From a virus (taxonomy: Duplodnaviria; Caudoviricetes), in IMG/VR virus record IMGVR_UViG_3300021399_003927, positions 65,492 through 129,491 of that record: DNA of 64,000 bases; one strand, written 5' to 3'. Positions 16,917 to 24,587 of the stretch are shown piece after piece. A program made the translations under genes and the position numbers. The notes under the pieces were generated by a model. That model saw nothing but the letters and a program-made list of their open reading frames with translations. It had not been told where the DNA came from and searched no databases. Numbering within the stretch: the stretch's first letter is position 1; every line of letters starts with the position of its first letter.

Positions 16917-16988
16917 AGCAGTGTAGGAGATTCGAACTCCCTCCTTGACCTTGGCAAGGTTATATGCTACCATTAACACCAACACTGC
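16917..16988 (-). tRNA. tRNA-Gly(GCC)
   Basis: Loop TTGCCAA, U73. Confidence 0.9.
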
Positions 16989-17157
16989 AAAGTCAGTTTT
17001 TATAACCGTAAAACTGAAAAACTTCCTCCACCTACGATGAGGCAATAGTTTGAATTCCTTCAGGGACTACTGACGTTACGTTGAGCCTCAAATCTCTTTT
17101 GATGGTCTTTTTTAACGTGCAGATAATCTAGCAAGTAGTATGTACACGATATTTTAA

Positions 17158-17303
17158 GGAAACGTTTGTTGTTTATTTTAAGTGCTCTAGCCGACTGAGC
17201 TACCACGCTATGTTATTATAATTTAGCAGCGTGGGCAGGACTCGAACCTGCGACCCCTAGCTTGTAATGCTTTTTTAAACGATATACATTGCTGTACGTT
17301 TCC
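17158..17303 (-). ncRNA. ACAGCAA-stem RNA 6 with permuted tRNA (Val TAC-like)
   Basis: GGAAACGT-ACAGCAA ... TTACAAGCTAG, T arm, CCACGCT-G, AT-rich linker, AGCGTGG, D arm ... CGTTTCC. Confidence 0.82.
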
Positions 17304-17309
17304 ACGTTG

Positions 17310-17867
17310 AGCGAGTGAACGGAATCGAACCGTCATATTCAGCTTGCTTACCACACTATGTTACCATAGCCAAACAAATGCTTCCCTTTCAAGGCATATT
17401 TAACTCTTCTAAGCTCATTTGTCTGTTGTAGTCTGGAATACATCTTTACCATATTGAAATTCTTGCAAGATATATTTGAACATTCTTCCTCTTCTTTTTC
17501 CCAATAGGCTCTATATATTACGCAAAGAGTTGTACGCTATTATCCTCTTGGCAAGTTCAAATATAAATTTCAACTTAGGTATCTCCTATATACTCTCTAC
17601 ACATTTATGAGAATAAACTATTGGTTAAATAGACTTACTTACAAGGTTTTTCCTTTTCTTGTACCTATTATTCTCAATTTAGCACGGTATTATCCTTCCC
17701 CATTATTGTTTAGGAGGCACTGATAGTCTTATACAGTACGATTTATTATTATACTACTCGTAAGGACTTCCACCGTTTTAGGGAGATTCTACTATGGGAT
17801 TTCTCGCCATAGCACTTCATTTTCAGTCCTTTGGAGGGCTGACATTCTACCATTGAACTACACTCGC
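17310..17867 (-). tRNA. tRNA-Gly(TCC) interrupted by a group I intron (exons 17834-17867 and 17310-17346)
   Basis: Joined exons give TCAGC-CCTC|CAA-GCTGA, GCGAGTG/CACTCGC+U73. Confidence 0.85.
17347..17833 (-). mobile_element. Group I intron (487 nt) at tRNA position 35/36
   Basis: Core near-identical to the Arg intron; terminal G; exact 5' splice site inferred. Confidence 0.82.
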
Positions 17868-18015
17868 TTGGTGAACTAACTTAGTGATGTTCCACAAATG
17901 TATTTTATGAACACATATATTTAATGAAAAGACAAGAACATCTAGTTTGGTATTAGTTCGTGAGCTGTTTACTTTTCGCAGCAACCGTTTATCTAACTAC
18001 CTACTTTGCAGAAAT

Positions 18016-18031
18016 GAGGAGAATGTAGACA
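18016..18031 (-). promoter_or_regulatory. Putative target site of the guide-loop RNAs
   Basis: TGTCTACATTCTCCTC is complementary to GAGGAGAA+TGTAGACA and overlaps the ATG of an 11-aa ORF (17997-18032). Confidence 0.5.
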
Positions 18032-18106
18032 TTTGATAGTCGATAAACTTGCGGTTTTAACGATTCACCGCCAACGCCTTATTTTTTAGTATTCTCCTAA
18101 AACTCT

Positions 18107-19129
18107 TTACTGAACAGTAGTTGGCTTAACGATTGCCAAACGGTTAAGCTTAACACCCTCACCTACGGCCTTATTAACTCTCACACCACGAGCCTTAAGG
18201 TACTCTGCAACAGCATCTGCTCTGCGCTGTGAAAGCTCCTTGTTATAAGCTTCACTACCCTCTGGTGATGCATATCCGAACACGTCAACGATACCATCTT
18301 GTCCGATTGTGTTAAGAACTGCCTTTGCATCACTTGTAAGCTCTGCGCTATTGAAAGCGAACTCAACCGTCCACTCATTAGTCTTTTCAACAACACGGAA
18401 GATAGGTTTCTCAACAACAACTTGCGTTACAACCGTATCAACTGGATGTAGTCTCTGACACTCATCAAGAGCACCATTGAGTCGGCTAATCTCAGCATTC
18501 ATTGCGCCAATGTCATAAGTCTTGAAGTGATGAGTACCGTTGCTAGTCTTGAAGTGGTATACATAACTTACGTTAAGTGCCAACTGTGAACCACGCTTAT
18601 CAAACTGAATATCACCAAACTTGTGGAGATTCCAATAGATTGCTGGAGTCAAGACCAACGAATGAGCCTTTTTCTTACCAATGTTCCAAGCAAAGTCAAG
18701 ACCTGTCTTAGAACTTAGATAGTTGTTACTTGTGTTCCATGTATGAAGCCAACCGATACCTGCAATTGCACTAACTTCAAACTTCCTAGGAGTACCTTGG
18801 TATCCACCAAATACATTTGACAAATTGAGTGCGCCATTAAGACCTACGTTTGTTGCCTTTACTGATGTCTTGATGTCAGTGAAATGGTTGTCATTCAAAA
18901 ATGCCAAACCTTCTACTTGGAAACCGAATGCTGGAGTGAAATCCTTAGTGAACTTAAGACCAACATTTGTGTTGAGAGGGAAAACTGAGTTGAAGTCAAG
19001 CGGAGTTGAAACGCCACCAGTGATACCGATGCCAATGTTATCAAGTGCTGAACTGTTCTCAGTTGCAATCTGTGCCTTTGCACCAACTACGGCACTAAAA
19101 AGTGCCAACATTAAAATTAATTTTCTCAT
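18107..19129 (-). CDS. OmpA family outer membrane protein
   Basis: Signal peptide, beta-barrel region, C-terminal FAFNS ... GYASPEG ... YNKELSQRRA. Confidence 0.92.
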   Translation of the reverse strand: MRKLILMLALFSAVVGAKAQIATENSSALDNIGIGITGGVSTPLDFNSVFPLNTNVGLKFTKDFTPAFGFQVEGLAFLNDNHFTDIKTSVKATNVGLNGALNLSNVFGGYQGTPRKFEVSAIAGIGWLHTWNTSNNYLSSKTGLDFAWNIGKKKAHSLVLTPAIYWNLHKFGDIQFDKRGSQLALNVSYVYHFKTSNGTHHFKTYDIGAMNAEISRLNGALDECQRLHPVDTVVTQVVVEKPIFRVVEKTNEWTVEFAFNSAELTSDAKAVLNTIGQDGIVDVFGYASPEGSEAYNKELSQRRADAVAEYLKARGVRVNKAVGEGVKLNRLAIVKPTTVQ

Positions 19130-19208
19130 AACTTTTTTTAATTGTGCTATTTTTTAATAATGTTATTTCAAATGCAAAAATATACAAAAAAATTGTAAAT
19201 CCCAAATT

Positions 19209-19514
19209 TTAGAATGGTAATTTATCAATTTTCTTTAATTTCCATTTGTATGTATACGTTCTAACCCCATTGTTCTTAACCATTTTATATGTTGGAGTGC
19301 TCACATAAAAACTTTTTCTTGTGAACGCTTTTATTATCAACGTAAATGCATCAGAACAATAAGGATAACTAGATGTTTCTATTGTAACCTCTATTTCATC
19401 ACCGACATTTTTGACGTCATATTCATCAATGCTGTCTTGAATTTCCTTAATGAAGAAATAGCAATACCTTGGAAAATCAATATGCTCTTTTGTTATTTTT
19501 TGATATTCGCCCAT
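19209..19514 (-). CDS. Hypothetical protein
   Basis: 101-aa ORF. Confidence 0.7.
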   Translation of the reverse strand: MGEYQKITKEHIDFPRYCYFFIKEIQDSIDEYDVKNVGDEIEVTIETSSYPYCSDAFTLIIKAFTRKSFYVSTPTYKMVKNNGVRTYTYKWKLKKIDKLPF

Positions 19515-19534
19515 AACATTTAATTAAAAAAAAC

Positions 19535-19648
19535 GGATACTTTTGTTTTAACCAATACCTCCGAAGAGGCTTTCTTCCTATTTTTGACGGAAAAATTTGG
19601 ATTCGAACCAAAAAGCTGTAACAAAAGTCACACTTGCTGTTAGTATCC
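19535..19648 (-). ncRNA. ACAGCAA-stem RNA 7 with minimal permuted T/acceptor/D module
   Basis: GGATACTA-ACAGCAA ... TTTGG-TTCGAAT-CCAAA, TTTTTCC ... GGAAGAA, GCCTC-TTCG-GAGGT ... AGTATCC. Confidence 0.78.
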
Positions 19649-19652
19649 TAGG

Positions 19653-19784
19653 TTGATGGTATGGGATTCGAACCCATGTTGCCGATAGGCTGCGCTCCTA
19701 CAAAATCATTCGCCCATTCATAGGATTCACTACTCTCTAGTTTCTTTTAGTGCCGCCTTGCGCAATCCTCTTACTGAACCATCA
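19653..19784 (-). ncRNA. tRNA-like RNA with ~65-nt domain replacing the anticodon loop
   Basis: TGATGGT/ACCATCA+A, perfect T arm, stemless D loop with AGAGGA, TGCGC/GCGCA, GCC-TATC-GGC. Confidence 0.7.
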
Positions 19785-19789
19785 ATTTG

Positions 19790-19862
19790 TCTAGGTGACC
19801 AGACTCGAACTGACAACCTCAGCATCCCAAATGCCGTGCGCTACCTATTGCGCCACACCTAG
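19790..19862 (-). tRNA. tRNA-Pro(TGG)
   Basis: CGGCA-TTTGGGA-TGCTG. Confidence 0.93.
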
Positions 19863-19963
19863 ATAAAACGATGCAAGTGATAAACCTCGCAGTTTTTTTA
19901 TTTAACGTGGAGAACCTTGGATACTTCCTGCGTTACCAAACTCCATTCCTACCTTATGGTTTC

Positions 19964-20098
19964 GGAAACATTTTTTTGCTTTCTCTACCAACTGAGCTAC
20001 CTCCCCAAGTTATCTGATTTTGTGGGGAGGGTGAGACTCGAACTCACGACCCTTTGATTATCAGTCAAATGCTTGCGTAATACTTGCTGTATGTTTCC
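19964..20098 (-). ncRNA. ACAGCAA-stem RNA 8 with complete circularly permuted tRNA-Ile(GAT)
   Basis: GGAAACAT-ACAGCAA ... CA-TTTGA-CTGATAA-TCAAA-GGGTC-T arm-CCTCCCCA, 16-nt linker, GGGGAGG-TA-GCTCAGTTGGTAGAG ... ATGTTTCC. Confidence 0.88.
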
Positions 20099-20158
20099 TT
20101 ATGTTTTGCAAAGATATACAAAATATTTTTTATTTCCAAATTTTCAAAGAACTTTTTT

Positions 20159-20341
20159 TCAATCCACCTCTATTTTGTTTCCGCAACTTGGACAAGTGAT
20201 AAACTTACCAATATAGGTTTCTCCAGCATATGACTGAACACCATAGGAACACTCTTTTTCTTCAATGTCAGATGCACTATATTCCAAATAAGAACAGCAT
20301 TTTGAACATTTAACTATATTTCCTTCTAATTTTTTTACCAT
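20159..20341 (-). CDS. Small Zn-ribbon protein
   Basis: CSKC ... CPSC. Confidence 0.65.
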   Translation of the reverse strand: MVKKLEGNIVKCSKCCSYLEYSASDIEEKECSYGVQSYAGETYIGKFITCPSCGNKIEVD

Positions 20342-20496
20342 TTTTTTTTTGACGTTAAAATCCCATTTCTTCTTTGGTAGGTTCTTCTGAACCGCCTATT
20401 CTTATACCTTCTGCCAATAGTTTCAGCATTTCCCTATCTTTTTCGTTTGGAAATCTTTTTTCTGCCATTCGATAAAATTTTCTTTTTTTCATATTT

Positions 20497-20528
20497 GGGT
20501 GTACGACAGGATTCAAACCTGCGTATAC
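20497..20528 (-). pseudogene. Orphan tRNA 3' half (His-like end ...CACCC)
   Basis: GCAGG-TTTGAAT-CCTGT-CGTACAC-CC directly after the HNH stop. Confidence 0.6.
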
Positions 20529-20530
20529 AT

Positions 20531-20941
20531 TTATTCTATTAATTTAATTTTACTTCTATGAAATCTCTTACTATTTTTATTTAAACTGCCAAAATTTTCT
20601 GTTAAACAATGGCAGTTGGGGCATAATAATTGAAGGTTTTCTAATTTATTATTTGTACAGTCCCCATCAATGTGATGAACCTCTAATGGAATGTTGTGTG
20701 TTATTGGGTGTTCTTCTCCCCAACCGCATTTTTCGCATTTATTATTATGCAACTCCATTAAATATTTTTTTATAAATGTTGGTATTTGATGTCCACCTTT
20801 CACAAAATTTTCTCCACTTAACCATCTTTGAATTAACTCATTATATCTATATTCAGCTGAACATTTATGACAACAAAATTTATTGTTTCTTTGTTCGTAT
20901 GTTAATTCTTTACCACAGTTAGTACATATATGCTTTTTTTT
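20531..20941 (-). CDS. HNH endonuclease (no ATG; frame open up to tRNA-His)
   Basis: EVHHIDGDCTNNKLENLQLLCPNCH; upstream in-frame KKHICTNCGK ... FCCHKC Zn ribbon. Confidence 0.75.
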   Translation of the reverse strand, partial: KKKHICTNCGKELTYEQRNNKFCCHKCSAEYRYNELIQRWLSGENFVKGGHQIPTFIKKYLMELHNNKCEKCGWGEEHPITHNIPLEVHHIDGDCTNNKLENLQLLCPNCHCLTENFGSLNKNSKRFHRSKIKLIE

Positions 20942-20944
20942 TAG

Positions 20945-21017
20945 GGTGAAAGGAGAATTTCGAAATCTCGCCCTCTTGGTTCACAGCCAAGCGCTCTTCC
21001 TCTGAGCTACAATCACC
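20945..21017 (-). tRNA. tRNA-His(GTG)
   Basis: G-1:C73, CTTGG-CTGTGAA-CCAAG; two acceptor mismatches. Confidence 0.85.
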
Positions 21018-21209
21018 ATATTTGAACAGTAGTATATACCATTACGAGCATATACCATTACTAGTTACTATCAATTACCTCAACATATCGTTATCATTTT
21101 TACAGTACTACTATTATATGACTATTGTTTGCCTACTTCTTATCAAGTCTGTTCTTCTATGTAGACTTCCGAGCATTGTCCAAAGCGGTGACTACAATCC
21201 CCCAATGCG

Positions 21210-21294
21210 TAGGCTGTATGGGACTCGAACCCATCGTTCTGTATGGTCTTCGTGCGCCTAACCGACTAGCGTTTCCCTACCACATTGACAGCCC
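21210..21294 (-). ncRNA. tRNA-like RNA without anticodon arm; D-like hairpin displayed on a stalk
   Basis: GGGCTGT/ACAGCCT, perfect T arm, TGTGGT/ACCATA enclosing CGCT-AGTCGGTT-AGGCG. Confidence 0.6.
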
Positions 21295-21306
21295 ATGTTA
21301 AAAAAC

Positions 21307-21419
21307 GGAATCCTTTAAACTAAGGTAGGTAGGGAGTCGAACCCTAATCTCTTGGTAAAATCCAAGGCTCTACCATTGAGCTACCCATCTGGAGTTTTTA
21401 CCTTATGCTGCAAGATTCC
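21307..21419 (-). ncRNA. RCAGCA-stem RNA 9 enclosing a non-permuted tRNA-like body
   Basis: GGAATCTT-GCAGCAT ... full cloverleaf with 6-nt loop ATTTTA ... GGATTCC. Confidence 0.72.
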
Positions 21420-21423
21420 TTTG

Positions 21424-21506
21424 TCAGGTGGGTAGGATTCAAACCTACGAACTTCTGCTATATCAACACGGCTATATTTGCAGAACAATGATGCCGTTTC
21501 CACCTG
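21424..21506 (-). ncRNA. tRNA-like RNA with possible D-region/anticodon-loop pseudoknot
   Basis: CAGGTGG/CCACCTG+A, T arm, TTCTGC/GCAGAA with 21-nt loop; ACGGC can pair with GCCGT. Confidence 0.6.
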
Positions 21507-21511
21507 TTTTG

Positions 21512-21584
21512 TCTAGATGAAAGGACTCGAACCTTCGACCCCAGCATCCCAAATGCCGCGTTCTACCTACTGAACTACACCTAG
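21512..21584 (-). tRNA. tRNA-Pro(TGG)
   Basis: CGGCA-TTTGGGA-TGCTG. Confidence 0.93.
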
Positions 21585-21593
21585 ATAGTTTTG

Positions 21594-21687
21594 TCGAGGG
21601 GGTGTGACTTGAACACACTTACTGCGAGTCCACTACGACAATTTGTTAATGCAGGGCGGTTTTACAGACCGCTGCCGTTACCCCTCG
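21594..21687 (-). tRNA. D-armless tRNA-Tyr(GTA) with extended variable domain
   Basis: CGAGGGG/CCCCTCG+A; 8-nt linker; GCGGT-CTGTAAA-ACCGC; CTGC ... GTC-GTAGTG-GAC ... GCAG; T arm. Confidence 0.75.
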
Positions 21688-21819
21688 AATTAAGCATAGG
21701 TTTCTCAACCACAATCCTTTCGAATTGACCACAGTGGTGAACTGTGTATGCTTTTATGTTTATTTAATTTTGGTAACGATATACCTGTTGGCTATATCTT
21801 TAAATTATTTTTATTAGAA

Positions 21820-21912
21820 AGTCAGTGGCGAGAGCATCGCCTGGTAAAATATTCACATACTCCACCAAGCTAAGTTGGATAAAATATATTAGAGTATGCT
21901 CTGCCACCGACT
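21820..21912 (-). ncRNA. Candidate ~93-nt hairpin RNA
   Basis: Long terminal helix AGTCGGTGGC-AGAGCAT / ATGCTCT-C-GCCACTGACT. Confidence 0.5.
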
Positions 21913-21919
21913 ATAGTAA

Positions 21920-21980
21920 GTGGTGCTTGCTGTTACACGCAATTTAAGAGAATGACTGCTTCCAAGCCAACTCACACCAC
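21920..21980 (-). ncRNA. 23S rRNA H43-H44 (L11-binding domain) mimic
   Basis: GTGGTG-TGA-GTTGGCTTGGAAGCAGTCATTCTCTTAAATTGCGTGTAACAGCAAG-CACCAC resembles 23S GTTGGCTTRGAAGCAGCCAT ... TTAAA ... GCGTAAYAGC. Confidence 0.75.
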
Positions 21981-22135
21981 ATATGGTTTAACCAAATAAG
22001 ATTCAGAAGAACGACTTACTGCATGAACAGACCTATGAATATCAGAGACAAAACTACCCATCTTGATATACGGTATGAACTTTTGTTCTTCCTTTCTTGA
22101 TTTATTCAACTTCATATCTCAATCTTGTTTATTCG

Positions 22136-22465
22136 TTATAAAGTATGTTTCATCCACACATAATCAGCATCTTCATCATCGTAACAGAAATCACTATATC
22201 CGTGATTAGCATACCAATCGTGTACCCAAGATGATTTTAGCACCTTCAGACATATTACAGTATAATTGTACTTCTTGACTTCTTTATCAGCAAGTTCAAG
22301 TATTCTGTTACCAAGTCCACGACCTCTTGCTGATTGCTCTACCTTTACGTTTGATAGATACATAGTATTCTTATCATCATTATAGGCATATAGAGCAAAC
22401 CTACAGCAATCATTCTTGTAATGATAAACTACACCCCAATCTGTTGTTTCTTTCGTGATGTTCAT
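22136..22465 (-). CDS. GNAT acetyltransferase
   Basis: V ... ARGRGLG; WYANHGY. Confidence 0.85.
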   Translation of the reverse strand: MNITKETTDWGVVYHYKNDCCRFALYAYNDDKNTMYLSNVKVEQSARGRGLGNRILELADKEVKKYNYTVICLKVLKSSWVHDWYANHGYSDFCYDDEDADYVWMKHTL

Positions 22466-23017
22466 ACCTTATTTATTATACCCACGCTGCTGCTTCTCTT
22501 GCATCAGCACGGTAGTTCTCACTGTCTACTGCGTCCTTAATGGCACGTTGAATTTCTTCATCGTTCTGTATCAGTTCTAATAATTCTTCTCTTGTCATAG
22601 TAACAAATATTAATAAGGTGGATATAACGAACTAACAATAATATTCTCTGAGAATTCTGTAGCAAGTTCTTGCAATATCTCTGCTGCATACTTATCACCA
22701 CGCATCAATCCGTGCTTAGAAAGCGTATTCTTGATGTCATTTTTAATTTCTGGTTTCAATAAATCTTGTATCATATTTATCATACATTATAATGAAAGTC
22801 TTTGCATTTCATCTTAGACAAAATTAAACTTGATTTGGTTTCACGCTCAAGTTTTTTAAGTCTCTCGTTCATTGCAATTGTCTCTTCTGTAATTTCTTTC
22901 TTATCCATATCTCAATCCTCCTTTACTTTACTGTGTTGACCTAATTTGTAGCCAATAAGGAACGTGAACAAACACGCTAATAAAAATTGAATAAATGTAC
23001 TCATATTTCAATCTCAT

Positions 23018-23617
23018 TTATATGCCTAATGCTGTTTTATACTCTTTTGTCAAATCGTCACCGTAGATACTATTCCACCTCATATAGTGTTTACTGTAAA
23101 TGGTCTGTTTCGTTGTATCGAAATCCATATTATTAGGACTCAAGTACAGAAGATTAGAATCGTATGATGATGCCTTGCTCGTTCTGTTCTGTAAGCATAC
23201 ATTAAGCATCACATACTTGTATGGCTCACTGAACCTCTTGAAGCCAAACATCTGATATAATCTGCACAACCCCTCTGACTCAGCCTCTACAACAACTGGA
23301 CGTTTGAATTGTTTCAATATGTCTATCACCCTATTCATTACCTCTTTGGATGAACGTCTATGGGCTGTATCAATGATGAAATAATCAACTACTACGAACT
23401 CATTGAGTTTTACACCTGATAGCATACCTATCAACTCACCGTCATCTTCAATCTTGTAGACGAAGTAATCTTCTCCGCTATACAGTTTACTATAGTTCTC
23501 AGTGTAATAGACAAACTCATTGCTTGAGACTATTTCGTGAGGTTTGAAATATTCTCGCATCAATGCTTGAACCTTTGCCAAGTCATCTATGTTCTTCGTG
23601 CGCTGGATGTTTATCAT
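23018..23617 (-). CDS. GNAT-fold protein
   Basis: VDYFIID..HRR, RLYQMFGF. Confidence 0.65.
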   Translation of the reverse strand: MINIQRTKNIDDLAKVQALMREYFKPHEIVSSNEFVYYTENYSKLYSGEDYFVYKIEDDGELIGMLSGVKLNEFVVVDYFIIDTAHRRSSKEVMNRVIDILKQFKRPVVVEAESEGLCRLYQMFGFKRFSEPYKYVMLNVCLQNRTSKASSYDSNLLYLSPNNMDFDTTKQTIYSKHYMRWNSIYGDDLTKEYKTALGI

Positions 23618-23846
23618 ACGCTACCCCTTTCATATTTTCTCAATTCATTTACGAAGTCATAGACACCTACGACAACTATAAGTATTAGTCCAAATAGATT
23701 TGATGCCATACGCTATTTATTTACCTACATTCAAGATTTCTTTAATACCTTTCAGTATATTGAAGCCTACATAGCACAAATATCCTGCTACTGATACAAC
23801 TATAATTAACCCAATTGCTATCAGTATAAGTGTAATCGTATTCATA

Positions 23847-24587
23847 TCAACTCTCCTTTATTGCAGATTCTTTTTCTACGGCATCTATAGTTGATGTAAC
23901 CTCTTTCAAACAACTAAAGAAGCCACTCCACCACATACCATAACCCTTAGAATGTAATGGGTACTCTTCTTCTTCGTGTTCAAGAACATACTTAGCCTTC
24001 ACAATTAGAGGCAGCAGAGTAGCACCATCAGTCTTCTCGCACTTGACAGCAATCACCTTGCCACCACGCTGAACCATACCGAACACAGGTGTCTTGGTCT
24101 TGGTTGAACGACCTTGAGTTCCTGGTGTGCGTCTGCTCTTGTGCTTGTTATTCTCTCTACCACCGATGTAAGCCTCGTCACACTCAACATCACCCTCAAG
24201 GGCGATAGTGTCATCTTGTGCGAACAGAGTTCTAATCTTCTGTAGGATGAACCAAGCGGTCTTCTGAGTCACGTCAATGTCTCTTGCAAGCTGATGGCTG
24301 CTGATACCCTTCTTGTGAGAAGAAATCAGATACATCGCCATAAACCACTTGCGAAGGTCAATCTTGGTGTTATTGAATATTGTACCAACCTTCTCACTAA
24401 AGTTCTTGTGACAGTTGGAACAACAGAAACGACCATCGGCTCTCTTGTGGCAATGGTGCTGACCGCAGTGAGGGCATACGACATCATCACCCCAACGAGA
24501 CTCAACGAGGGCTTGTTGGCATTTTTCCTCAGTGTTAAAGTAGGTAGCCACTGAGTACAGCGAATTGAATTTACTGAAATTAATCAT
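23847..24587 (-). pseudogene. Truncated IS1595-family (ISXO2-like) transposase fused to an unrelated ORF tail
   Basis: Zn ribbon RWG..VCPHC, HTH ISSHQLARDIDVTQKTAW, VECDEAYIGG; recognisable transposase sequence stops at LLPLI (~24001), before the later catalytic motifs. Confidence 0.8.

Noticed and set aside
19877-19950. preQ1-like riboswitch (stem, A-rich tail, CGCAG/CTGCG pairing)
   Set aside because: The loop is too large, consensus ligand-binding bases are unclear, and no regulated CDS follows.
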